A stretch of DNA of 64,000 bases from assembly GCA_965261595.1 (NCBI GenBank), contig CBDHDG010000004.1, forward strand, positions 256,001 through 320,000. The letters are read 5' to 3'. The DNA is from a bacterium (GTDB lineage Bacteria > UBA8248 > JACPRG01 > G963555815). The notes under the pieces are model-generated. The model had not been told where the DNA came from and made no database searches. It saw nothing but the letters and a program-made list of their open reading frames with translations. The position numbers and the translations under genes were made by a program. The stretch's first letter is position 1. Every line of letters starts with the position of its first letter. Shown one piece after another: positions 21,699 to 31,024 of the stretch.

Positions 21699-22601
21699 TC
21701 ACTTTACAAGCGCTCCTTCGTGAACATGCTCCTCGACCTCTTCGGCGTCCGTCAGGCCTGTTCCATTGTAGCCCTGCTTCGCCACGAGGCCGAACTTACC
21801 CGCGGGCGACATCGCCTCACTGGGCAGCGTTTGCCCGTCATCATCCCCGTTAAGCTTCTCACCCTCTTCGACTTCGGGCTCCATCCGAGCATGTGACAGC
21901 AACTGGGGTTCGGCGACGTAGTCCCCATTTTCCATGACCTGACCCCTTTCCTGCTCAGCCCGCTCGCTTTCCTGGCGTTCTCGAACCGCTCGGCTCCAAC
22001 TTAAGAAATCACCGGGTGAAGGATGCCCGGGTGGAGAGGCGCGCAAAACTTCCCATACCAACCAGCCCAGAACGATTGCGGCCAAAGTTCCATACGTCAC
22101 CAGGTTACCAACAAGAACACCGAACTTCACATTTTGAGATTCGAACCCATCCAACATGCGTATTGCGATCTGGTATTCGATGAACCACGAGACGTAAAAG
22201 AAGGATATCAAGAGCAAAAAGGATCCAGCGGCAAACACCCAGCGCTTCGGTTCTTTAGCCCCCTCGTAGAACAGAAACCATATAACCCCGGGCGCCATCT
22301 CGGAGGGGAATATTGCGAGTGGAAGCAGAAGAACCCATGTGACGGGAACGCCGATCAGCGTAGAGGCCACATTGGCAACCGATACGACCCATACGGAGTA
22401 CCACGCAGAGGCGCCGATCCATGACCACAGCACGTATGATTCGATGGCGATGATCGGCAAAAGGGCCACAATCATGGCAGGCAAAGTAACGAAGATCATG
22501 GGTATAACGACGTTCGCATGGGCCGGCGTTGGCGCCAAAAATACCATGGCAAGGAGCACCAACAAGGTCCGTGTCAAATTCTTAAGGCTCATGGCAAACA
22601 T
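21699..22601 (-). CDS. Hypothetical multi-pass membrane protein with acidic tail
   Basis: Signal peptide (AHA), about 5 TM segments, Glu-rich C-terminus. Confidence 0.7.
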   Translation of the reverse strand: MFAMSLKNLTRTLLVLLAMVFLAPTPAHANVVIPMIFVTLPAMIVALLPIIAIESYVLWSWIGASAWYSVWVVSVANVASTLIGVPVTWVLLLPLAIFPSEMAPGVIWFLFYEGAKEPKRWVFAAGSFLLLISFFYVSWFIEYQIAIRMLDGFESQNVKFGVLVGNLVTYGTLAAIVLGWLVWEVLRASPPGHPSPGDFLSWSRAVRERQESERAEQERGQVMENGDYVAEPQLLSHARMEPEVEEGEKLNGDDDGQTLPSEAMSPAGKFGLVAKQGYNGTGLTDAEEVEEHVHEGALVK

Positions 22602-22613
22602 CTCCGATTTTGT

Positions 22614-23615
22614 TCATAGCCCGAATGCGCGCGTCACGAACTCACGCATGTCTTGCATGGCCTTTTTCTTCGCGGGACCATTCCGCCCGGCGAGGACGCC
22701 CCGCGTCGAGCAAGCGGAAAGGGCCTTCCTCCTGTTCTTGAGGGTGTCCAAAGCCAACCCACTGGTCTTTTCAATCGTCGTTCCATCCGGCTGAATCTCA
22801 AAACGGCACTTTGTGATGTTGAAGGCTCGCTCAATTCGGTGGAGAGGCTTCTCGCCGTCAAAGCTGTGATATGCACCCGGATACACGGTGATTTTCGCGT
22901 CGTACCCGGCGGTCTTGAGCGCTTCCGTAAGCTCAACGCAGGGCTTGGCGGGCGTCCACTCGTCCAGCTCCCCGCTAAGGATCAGAATGGGAGCGCCCGT
23001 GAAACGGAGCGGCTTGAACATCCCGCAGGGAGGGTAGAAAGGAAGGTGCAGGGCGAACATCAAGTCGACTCCTACTGCCGCCTTTCTGAGCGGGTCCCAG
23101 GCGGTGAACAACGCAACCGCCCCCCCTTTCGACGCGCCCATGATGCCGATGCGTTTTGGGTCGATGCGCGGATGGGTGCTGAGGAGTCTCAGCGCATGGA
23201 AAGCGTCGGAGATCATCATCGCCTCGGTCACAGAAACCTGTTCGCCGACGGTGCCGGTCACTCCTCTCGGGCGGAAACTGTCCGCCCTGAAAATCGCCAC
23301 ACCCATCCTGCCGAGTTCCCGAAGGTAGCGTTCGTGTTTTGGCATCCACCCGCCGCTGCCATGGACGAAGACCATGGCCGGCACTTTCCCCTTCGCGCCT
23401 TTGGGGAGCTTGAGGTCACCGAACACCACAACCTTTCGAGCCTTCCCGCTTCCGTCGAGAATGTGCTTGAAATCGTAGGGGCTCGTGCTTTCGAAGTGGA
23501 TCCTTCCCGTCTCTCCCCCGGCCAGGGTTTCCAGACCCTTTTTGGAAGCGGGCTGACAACCCGTCAGAAGGATTGAGGCGATCACCCCTATCATCAGTTT
23601 TCCCGCATTTGTCAT
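22614..23615 (-). CDS. Dienelactone-hydrolase-like alpha/beta hydrolase lipoprotein
   Basis: LTGC lipobox, HGSGG, GASKGG, GELDEW, AYHSFD. Confidence 0.85.
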   Translation of the reverse strand: MTNAGKLMIGVIASILLTGCQPASKKGLETLAGGETGRIHFESTSPYDFKHILDGSGKARKVVVFGDLKLPKGAKGKVPAMVFVHGSGGWMPKHERYLRELGRMGVAIFRADSFRPRGVTGTVGEQVSVTEAMMISDAFHALRLLSTHPRIDPKRIGIMGASKGGAVALFTAWDPLRKAAVGVDLMFALHLPFYPPCGMFKPLRFTGAPILILSGELDEWTPAKPCVELTEALKTAGYDAKITVYPGAYHSFDGEKPLHRIERAFNITKCRFEIQPDGTTIEKTSGLALDTLKNRRKALSACSTRGVLAGRNGPAKKKAMQDMREFVTRAFGL

Positions 23616-23701
23616 TTCTTGTTCTCCCAATTGTTTTGTTCTCTTCATCAACCGGGAACAGAAGACATGCCGGGATCCCGATCGGATTCCAGTGTGCGAC
23701 A

Positions 23702-23971
23702 CTACCCGCCAGGAATGAAGCCTTCCAGGCCTTCGAAAATGGATTCAAAGGTGACCTGACCGTCAAATCCGTCAGTGCCGATTTCCTCGTCCTCGACAGT
23801 GCCTACACCCGACAGGAACTGCATCGACACTTCTTCCGCCTGAGTCTGGTCCACCCATGCGTCGAAGCCGTCGCCCTTCAGTTCCGAGACGAAGCCGACC
23901 CAAGACCAGAAAACGACAGTCACCAGGACCACCAGGAATACCCACTTGAATACGCCAACGATCCAGCTCAT
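23702..23971 (-). CDS. Small membrane-anchored acidic protein (89 aa)
   Basis: SD GAGGGGAGG, N-terminal TM, first gene after the sigma54 promoter. Confidence 0.65.
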   Translation of the reverse strand: MSWIVGVFKWVFLVVLVTVVFWSWVGFVSELKGDGFDAWVDQTQAEEVSMQFLSGVGTVEDEEIGTDGFDGQVTFESIFEGLEGFIPGG

Positions 23972-24009
23972 GGTCTTTCCCTCCCCTCAATTTCTACCAG
24001 TGACATAAG

Positions 24010-24024
24010 GCAAAGGGTGTGCCA
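24010..24024 (-). promoter_or_regulatory. sigma54 -24/-12 promoter
   Basis: Minus strand TGGCACACCCTTTGC = TGGCAC-N5-TTGC. Confidence 0.85.
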
Positions 24025-24053
24025 CGAGCTTTATTCTTAGAAAACTGTTATTA

Positions 24054-24066
24054 AATCAATAGGTTA
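24054..24066. promoter_or_regulatory. IHF binding site
   Basis: AATCAATAGGTTA matches WATCAA-N4-TTR, between promoter and palindromes. Confidence 0.65.
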
Positions 24067-24091
24067 GATGATAAGACTCCTCCGCGGCGCT

Positions 24092-24151
24092 TCAATATAA
24101 CCGCAAGATATTGACCTTTTATGTATTTAGATATCCATTGAATGTACATAA
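24092..24151. promoter_or_regulatory. Candidate upstream activator sequences
   Basis: TCAATAT-N9-ATATTGA (24092-24114); TTATGTA-N19-TACATAA (24119-24151). Confidence 0.5.
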
Positions 24152-24166
24152 CTTGAGGAGGCTGCT

Positions 24167-25712
24167 ATGCCATTCCTGACGCCAACCGAGCGGACTTTCT
24201 TACAAAGCAGTATCCAAGCTGGCCACGTGCAACCCCTTCCTTCCAGAACGCATCGAGTACCGTCGCGAGGCACTCGGTTCGGACTTCCGCGAAGAAGACC
24301 CCGTCTTTCGGATGCCGGTGGACAGACCCGACACCCCTCACGTCAACTTTTTAAAAATCAACGAGCGCTGCGACACGCTTGTGACGAGAATGCGGGAGGG
24401 TCTCACCGAAGGCGCGACCGCCACCCAACAGGAACTGGGGCTCTATGAAGTCGTTACCCTCTGGCTGCTGTGGCGCCGCTACAGTGATCACTTCCAAAGG
24501 GCCGTCGTCCAATCCCTGGAGGGGAAGGTCGGGCAAGGGGGATTCGGCTTCTATGATGAGTTTCTACGGGACTTTCGTGATGGCCTTCACATTCCCGGTG
24601 TCCTGCTGCCGACGAAGCACGAAGCGCCTCATCTTTTTGCTTTCTATTTTCAAATTTGCCGAGCGTTTCATCATATTTTCAGCTACATCATCGGGGGCTC
24701 GATGGCGGCGGCCCGACTCCGCGCCGCTGTCTGGCAGTCAATCTTCACGCACGACATACGGCGGCACCGCGATGGGCTCTACAAGCGGATGGGCGATGTA
24801 ACCACCCTCATCACGGGTCCGTCGAGGACGGGGAAGGAGCTCGTCGCACAAGCCATCGGCCTGTCCTGCTACATTCCCTTCGACCCGAAAAGGTTGGCGT
24901 TTGCAGAAGATTTCTCTCAATCCTTTCACGCGCTGAATCTGTCCGCCCTGTCCCCCACGCTCATTGAGTCAGAGTTGTTTGGCCATCGGCGGGGTGCGTT
25001 TACGGGGGCTTTACAGGATAAACAAGGGTGGCTCGAGATCTGCCGGCCCGGCGGGGCGGTCTTCCTGGATGAAATCGGCGACCTCGACGCATCGATACAG
25101 GTCAAGCTCCTTCGGGTGCTTCAAACGCGCGGATTTCAGGCGGTAGGCGACACGAAAGAGCGGAAGTTTCAGGGGAAGATCATTTCCGCGACCAATCGCG
25201 ACCTGGCCGAAGCCATACAGAAGGGAGAATTCCGGGAGGACTTTTACTATCGTCTATGTTCGGACGTGATTGCAACCCCCCCTCTTCACGAGCAACTGCG
25301 CGAGTCTCCCGCCGAGCTCAAGGAACTCCTGCTGTTCATCGCTCGACGTGTGGCCGATGCGGATGCCGAGGCGCTTGCGGAGGAGGTGGAGGTCTGGATC
25401 CTCGAAAACCTGGGGATCGACTATCAGTGGCCGGGGAATATCCGGGAGTTGGAGCAGTGCGTGCGTAGCGTGCTCATCCGGAAGGAGTACCGGCCGCTGA
25501 AGGGACGTGCGCTTCCGGCCCGGGAGGAATTTCTGAGGGCCGTCAGCAGTGGAACGCTGACGGCCGATGAGCTCTTACGAGGGTACTGCACCTGCGTGCA
25601 CTCGCGGACGGGTAATTACCAGGAGACGGCGCGCCGCTTGGGCCTGGATCGCCGAACCGTCAAGAGCAAGATTGATCTTCAGCTTCTTCATCAATTGGGG
25701 TCAATTGAATAG
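24167..25712 (+). pseudogene. sigma54-dependent activator (AAA+ and HTH), frameshift near 24204
   Basis: SD GAGGAGG + ATG 24167; removing one A joins the frames; ESELFGH..GAFTGA, FLDEIG, WPGNIRELE, C-terminal HTH. Confidence 0.85.
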
Positions 25713-25803
25713 AAGGGACGGCCAGCCCGCATTTCTCACAAATAGTGGAGTTGACCCGGTTTGGTGGACACCTGATGATTTGGGGGTAAAGGAGGTGTTC
25801 ACG

Positions 25804-26118
25804 ATGCCACAGACTCACCCACGCTATCCAATGGAGTTCCGCTGCCAGATGGTAGAGTTGGTCCGGGCGGGACGCACGCCCGAGGCGCTGGCGCACGAGT
25901 TCGAGCCCTCGGCGCAGACGATCCGCACCTGGGCCCATCAAGCCGACGTTGACGAGGGGCGTCGCAAAGACGGGCTCACGAGCGATGAGCGGGAGGAGTT
26001 GCGCCGACTTCGCCGCGAGAACCGACAGCTCCGCCAGGAGCGGGAGATCTTAGCAAAAGCCGCGGCCTGGTTTGCTCGGGATACCGATTCGATCCCGTCC
26101 GGATCTACGGGTTCGTGA
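25804..26118 (+). CDS. IS3 OrfA
   Basis: RYPMEFRCQMVELVRAG...EREILAKAAAWF. Confidence 0.9.
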   Translation: MPQTHPRYPMEFRCQMVELVRAGRTPEALAHEFEPSAQTIRTWAHQADVDEGRRKDGLTSDEREELRRLRRENRQLRQEREILAKAAAWFARDTDSIPSGSTGS

Positions 26119-26963
26119 GGGCGAACCAGGCCATGTATCGGACCGCCACCATGTGCCGGGTGCTGGGCGTCTCCTCCAGCGGCTACTACGCGTGGCGCAG
26201 GCGCGCGCCGTGTGCCCGCTCGTGTGCCGATCGGGCGCTCACCAAACGCATTCAGGCGATCCACGAGCGTTCTCGGGGGACTTACGGCGTGCCGCGCGTC
26301 CATGCCGAGTTGGAGGCTGAGGGAGTGCGTGTGGGCCGCAAGCGCGTCGCCAGGCTGATGCGTGGGGCGGGACTTGCGGGCGTCAGTCGGCGCAAGGGAG
26401 CGCGCACGACGCAGCGCCGGCAGGAGGCGCGGCCGGCCCCTGATCTGGTGGACCGCAACTTCACGGCCGAGGCCCCCGACCGGCTGTGGGTGGCCGACAT
26501 CACCTACGTTCCGACATGGGCGGGGTTTTTGTATCTGGCCGTGGCGCTCGATGCGTTCAGCCGGCGCATCGTGGGGTGGTCGATGGCCACACACCTGCGG
26601 GCCGAGTTGGTGCTCGACGCGCTCGACATGGCGCTGTATAAGCGCCGTCCCCGGGCCGTCATCCACCACTCCGACCAGGGCACGCAGTACACCTCGGTCG
26701 CCTTTGGGCAGCGCTGCCGCCAGGCGGGCGGGCGTCCCTCCATGGGTTCGGTCGGGGACTGCTACGACAACGCGCTGTGTGAGAGCTTTTTCGCCACGCT
26801 GGAGTGCGAGCTCCTCGCTCGCCACAGTTTCCGCACCCGGGCCGAGGCGCGCATGGAGGTGTTCGGGTTCATCGAGGGCTTCTACAACCCGCATCGTCGG
26901 CACTCCTCCATCGACAACCTGTCACCCGTTAACTACGAAAGGAGACAACAACGCACACCCTGA
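26115..26963 (+). CDS. IS3 OrfB DDE transposase
   Basis: WVADITY, HHSDQG, DNALCESFF: intact triad. Confidence 0.92.
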   Translation: MRANQAMYRTATMCRVLGVSSSGYYAWRRRAPCARSCADRALTKRIQAIHERSRGTYGVPRVHAELEAEGVRVGRKRVARLMRGAGLAGVSRRKGARTTQRRQEARPAPDLVDRNFTAEAPDRLWVADITYVPTWAGFLYLAVALDAFSRRIVGWSMATHLRAELVLDALDMALYKRRPRAVIHHSDQGTQYTSVAFGQRCRQAGGRPSMGSVGDCYDNALCESFFATLECELLARHSFRTRAEARMEVFGFIEGFYNPHRRHSSIDNLSPVNYERRQQRTP

Positions 26964-27028
26964 AAACCCAAGTGCTTAACTCTCCACGAAACCGGGGTAA
27001 GTCCAATAGGGTTGCGAGAAATCTCAGC

Positions 27029-28351
27029 CTAAAACCTCTTCCACAACTTCGCCGCGCGCTCTCGCGCCCGGGCGAAAACCTCCTCCTCGTCAATCCCCTG
27101 AAGCTGCCGGTCGCGCATGACGACCCGGCCGCCCACGACGACCGTCCGCGCCTGGAGCCCCGCCCCCCCGTAGAGAAGGTGGCCCCAGAAGTTGTCCGCC
27201 GACAGCGGCGTCGGCGGCCGGTAGTCCGAAACGACGACGTCACCCGCCGCGCCCTCCCGCAGGATTCCGACATCGCATCCCAGGAATCTTGAAGCGATGG
27301 CCGGGTTGCCGGCCGTCAGAAAGTCTTTGACTTCGTCCCAGGCGACGCGCGTGTCCCCGGCCTCGTGCTTCTGCAACAGGTAAGCCGTCATGGCGGCGGC
27401 GTACATGTCCTGCGTCATCCCGTCCGTCCCGAGGCCGGCCTGAATCCCGGTCCACCGCCGAATGGCCGCGCAGCCCACGGCGTTGTTCATATTCGACTGG
27501 GGGTTGTGGACGGCGATGGTTTCGGTCTCGCGCAGCGCGGCCAGGTCCCCTTCGTCCACGTGGATGCAGTGGGCGGCGATGGAGTTTCGCCCCAGCACGC
27601 TGGCGTCGCGCAGGCGTTGAAGGGGGCGCTTGCCGAATCGCTCAAGGCTGTCCGCGACCTCGGGTTCGTGCTCGGAAACGTGGACATGGAATCCCACGTC
27701 CGTCCCCAGCGACCGGCCGGCCTCCAGACAGGCCCGCAGGGTCTCGTCGGAGAGGGTGAGCGGAGCGTGCAGGCCGAAGAGACCGCCGAGGCGCCCGTCC
27801 CGCTCACCTCGCACCCGGTTGAGGAACCGGACGTTTTCCTCGATCCCCGCCTTCATGCCGGCGTCGCCGTTGCGGTCGGTGACTTCGTAGCAGAGAACCC
27901 CGCGCAGACCCGCCTTCCCGAAGGCGTCCGCGAGAACGTCCAGGCTGCCCGCGATGGCGGACGGGCTGGCGTGGTGGTCGATGACGGTGGTGGTCCCGTT
28001 GCGGACGTAGCCGATGAGTCCGACCAAGGCACTGAGCCGGACGTCCTCCAGCTCGAGAACCCGGTCGAGCCGCCACCAGAGCCGCTCCAGGATTTCGACA
28101 AAGGTTTTGGGCGGCTCGTCCTTCAGGCCCATTCCGCGGGCGAAGGCGCTGTAGAGATGCGCGTGCGCGTCAATGAGGCCGGGCAGGATCAACCGGCCCC
28201 CGGCGTCCAGGACCTCCTCCCCGGACTTCGAACCCAGCGAGTCCGCGTCGCCCGCCCCGGCGATCACGCCGGCCTCGATCCGGACGGCGCCGGGGTTGAA
28301 AAACGGACGGGAGGGATCGAACGTCAGGAGAGGTCCGTTGGTGATCAGCAT
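27029..28351 (-). CDS. ssnA: SsnA-like metal-dependent amidohydrolase
   Basis: HAHLYSAFARG, ILERLWWRLD, DHHASP, GLHA, HNPQSNMNNAVG, GTDG. Confidence 0.8.
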   Translation of the reverse strand: MLITNGPLLTFDPSRPFFNPGAVRIEAGVIAGAGDADSLGSKSGEEVLDAGGRLILPGLIDAHAHLYSAFARGMGLKDEPPKTFVEILERLWWRLDRVLELEDVRLSALVGLIGYVRNGTTTVIDHHASPSAIAGSLDVLADAFGKAGLRGVLCYEVTDRNGDAGMKAGIEENVRFLNRVRGERDGRLGGLFGLHAPLTLSDETLRACLEAGRSLGTDVGFHVHVSEHEPEVADSLERFGKRPLQRLRDASVLGRNSIAAHCIHVDEGDLAALRETETIAVHNPQSNMNNAVGCAAIRRWTGIQAGLGTDGMTQDMYAAAMTAYLLQKHEAGDTRVAWDEVKDFLTAGNPAIASRFLGCDVGILREGAAGDVVVSDYRPPTPLSADNFWGHLLYGGAGLQARTVVVGGRVVMRDRQLQGIDEEEVFARARERAAKLWKRF

Positions 28352-28508
28352 TTCGATGGCTCCTCGATTCAGGAGAGGGCGGAGCGCGTTCCGGAACGGC
28401 GGTCTGATCTTATTCGATCTTCAGGGCTGGAAGAAACGGCCCCACAAGAAAAGCCCCGGAAAACAAACATCTGAACAAGGCCTTGCGTCCGGTGGTATGA
28501 TTCCGGAC

Positions 28509-29150
28509 ATGAGTGCGCGGCGGCTCCCCACCGGGAAACCATTCCACCGACGCCTTCGCCCGGCCGGCCTGCCCTGGCTGGCCGCGTTGGCGCTTGTCCT
28601 GCCGGCGCTCGCGGGGTGTTTTCCCTCGGGCGCCTCCGATCCCGATCCAGCCTCTCCTCCCGGCAAGGAGGCAAAGGCCAAAACCCCGGAAGACGTGGAA
28701 AGCGCCCCCATTCTCAAGCGGGGGAAATCGGCGGGAAAACCCGGGAAGCCCGGGAGGTTCTGGGTCACGGTCCTCCGCGTCATCGACGGCGTCACCTTTT
28801 CCCTCGACACGCAAAACGTAGTCCGTCTCATCGGCGTCCAGCCTCCGAAGGCGCGCGTCGGGAGGACGTACCGGGAGTATTTCGAGCGGGTGGTCACCCC
28901 CGCCGTCCGGCAGATCGTGGAGGGCAAGCGCGTTTACCTCATGCGCGACAAAGTCATCCGGGGCCGAGACGGCCGTCCGCTTCTTTACGTGTTCCTGGAA
29001 GACCGGACCATGCTGAACGCGATCCTCATCCAGAAGGGCTACGGCCGCGTGACCCATGAAGTCCCTTTCAAGTTTCAGGATGAGTTCAAGCTCTGGGAGC
29101 GCGAGGCCCGGAGCATCGGTCTGGGCTTCTGGGAGCGCGCCGGCCGATGA
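28509..29150 (+). CDS. Thermonuclease (SNase)-fold lipoprotein with degenerate active site
   Basis: LAGC lipobox; VIDGVT, VRLIGV, GRPLLYV, LNAILIQKGYG, GLGFW. Confidence 0.75.
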   Translation: MSARRLPTGKPFHRRLRPAGLPWLAALALVLPALAGCFPSGASDPDPASPPGKEAKAKTPEDVESAPILKRGKSAGKPGKPGRFWVTVLRVIDGVTFSLDTQNVVRLIGVQPPKARVGRTYREYFERVVTPAVRQIVEGKRVYLMRDKVIRGRDGRPLLYVFLEDRTMLNAILIQKGYGRVTHEVPFKFQDEFKLWEREARSIGLGFWERAGR

Positions 29151-29189
29151 AACTGCCCCGCCCCGACCGTTCCCGCCGGGAGGCATCCA

Positions 29190-29750
29190 TTGTTCACCGT
29201 TGAAACCGTTGCCATCGGCTCCGAGCTCCTGACCGGTGAGGTCCTGGATACGAACACCCGCTGGATCTGCACGCACGTAACCGGAATGGGGGGCGGGGTC
29301 GAGCGGGCGCACATCGTGGCGGATTCCACAGCGGACATCGCCGAAGTCCTCCGGTCCTGCCTGCGCCGCAGGCCGTCCTCGATCATCACGTGCGGAGGTC
29401 TCGGGTCCACGGCCAACGACATGACCCTGTTTGCCGTGGCGAGCGCCCTGAACCTGGAAATGGTGCTGCACCCCGAGGCGAAGGAATGGGTCCGCAAGCG
29501 TTATGAAGAGCTGGCAGAGGCGGGCGCGGTCGATTCCGCCGAGATGACCCCCGCCCGGGAAAAGATGGCCTACCTCCCCGCCAGGGCCGAACCCCTGCCG
29601 AACCGGGTGGGCGGGGCGCCGGGCGTACGGTGCCCCGCCGAGGACTGCGAGATCATCTGCCTGCCGGGGGTTCCGGCGGAGATGCGCGGGGTCTTCGAGG
29701 AGAGCCTATCGCCGCTGTGGCGGAAGCGGCTCGGCGCGGCCGGGGGTTGA
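29190..29750 (+). CDS. CinA N-terminal / molybdopterin-binding-fold protein
   Basis: IGSELLTGEVLDTN, GGLG, LPGVPAEM; no CinA C-terminal domain. Confidence 0.8.
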   Translation: MFTVETVAIGSELLTGEVLDTNTRWICTHVTGMGGGVERAHIVADSTADIAEVLRSCLRRRPSSIITCGGLGSTANDMTLFAVASALNLEMVLHPEAKEWVRKRYEELAEAGAVDSAEMTPAREKMAYLPARAEPLPNRVGGAPGVRCPAEDCEIICLPGVPAEMRGVFEESLSPLWRKRLGAAGG

Positions 29751-29892
29751 CCAGGCCTTTGCTTGCATTCCTGCTCTGAACGGGTATGTGAGGGAGCGGG
29801 ACGAAGACGGTCTCTGTCGCTTGGTCTCGCTCGGGATAGGCTTGCCCATCCCCTATTTCTTCAAATGAAAACCCAACGATAAAGCGCTCTTC

Positions 29893-30642
29893 TTACTCTG
29901 CGCGCCGCGCGATGTGACCCGCAACGGCCCCCACCCCGAAACGGCAAACCTCGAGAACCTCCAGCCCCGAAGATTCCAGCAGCTTCGAGAGACCGGGAAT
30001 CCCCGGAAAGGTCTCCAGCGAGCGGCGAAGCCAGAGGTAATCCTCCCGGCCCCCTTTGGCGAGATTGGCGAGGAAGGGAAGGAGCCACCGCAGGTACGCG
30101 AAGATGACGGGGCGCAGCGGCCCCCGCTCGGGGCGCGTTAGCTCCAGAGAAACGAAAAGCCCTCCGGGACGCAACACACGCGCGGCCTCCCGAAGGGCGG
30201 CGGGCAGGTCGATGACGTTTCGGAGACCGAAGCCGACCGTCGCCAGGTCGAACGTCCCGTCGCGAAACAGGGACAGGTCCGTCGCGTCCGCCCGCAGCCA
30301 GACCGCCTCCGCGCCCGCGCGGCGGGTCCGCTCCACGGCCACGCGGATCATCGGCTCGCAAAAGTCCAGCCCCACCAGCCGGGCGTCCTGACCCAGGATT
30401 TCCCGGAGAAGAAAAAGGTAGTCGCCCGTCCCGCAACAAAGATCCAGTCCGCGGATCGGCCTGCCGCCGGTCCGATCGGATAGATGAGCAAGCGCCCGCT
30501 TGAGGGTCTTTCTTCTCCAGGCCCGGTGGCGCCCGCCCGTGATGAAACCATTGGCCAGATCATAGTGGGGCGCGACGCGGGTAAAGAGGCTCCGGACGTA
30601 CGCCGCCCTTTGCGCGCCGGTCAATTCTTCAGGCGACGGCAT
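29893..30642 (-). CDS. ubiE: UbiE/MenG-family C-methyltransferase
   Basis: FTRVAPHYDLAN, LDLCCGTGD, GFGLRNV. Confidence 0.85.
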   Translation of the reverse strand: MPSPEELTGAQRAAYVRSLFTRVAPHYDLANGFITGGRHRAWRRKTLKRALAHLSDRTGGRPIRGLDLCCGTGDYLFLLREILGQDARLVGLDFCEPMIRVAVERTRRAGAEAVWLRADATDLSLFRDGTFDLATVGFGLRNVIDLPAALREAARVLRPGGLFVSLELTRPERGPLRPVIFAYLRWLLPFLANLAKGGREDYLWLRRSLETFPGIPGLSKLLESSGLEVLEVCRFGVGAVAGHIARRAE

Positions 30643-31024
30643 CCGATCTCCCCTAACTCCCTCCCGGGGGCTTCCCGGGGTGATGGGTTTCCATTCCCTT
30701 TCCGTATCCGGCCCTTCTAAGTCAATGGGCGGATCATGTCAACGGCCAACGGGTCCCCCGGGCCCCCCGGAAATCGGTCCTCGCGGCATGGGACTGTCCA
30801 GCCGCCAAACGGGCGACACCCCCCCCTCTCTCCCCTCCCCCCGGAAGCTCTTCGAAGATTTTTCCCCGCAAAACGTTTGGCCGGGTGAAATTTCCGGCTG
30901 GATCATGTAAAACTTTCCGTTATGGAAACATTGTCATCGAGACGGGGGTTTCGATAGGGAAGATTTTTTACGGCTGCGAAGAGGGCTAACGCTCTAAACA
31001 CGGACACCTCAAACGGGAGAACGA

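Larger units (their letters stand above)
25746..27005 (+). mobile_element. IS3-family insertion sequence (1260 bp)
   Basis: TG...CA ends; IRs TGGAGTTGACCCGGTTTGGTGGA / TGGACTTACCCCGGTTTCGTGGA; 4-bp duplication ATAG; AAAAG slip motif near 26055. Confidence 0.95.

Noticed and set aside
23702..23971. 89-aa protein ending in GG as a RiPP precursor
   Set aside because: N-terminal TM helix, nothing follows the GG, no modifying enzymes or peptidase transporter nearby
15182..27005. Composite transposon bounded by the two IS elements
   Set aside because: The elements differ and each has its own target duplication (CCAG, ATAG), so they inserted independently
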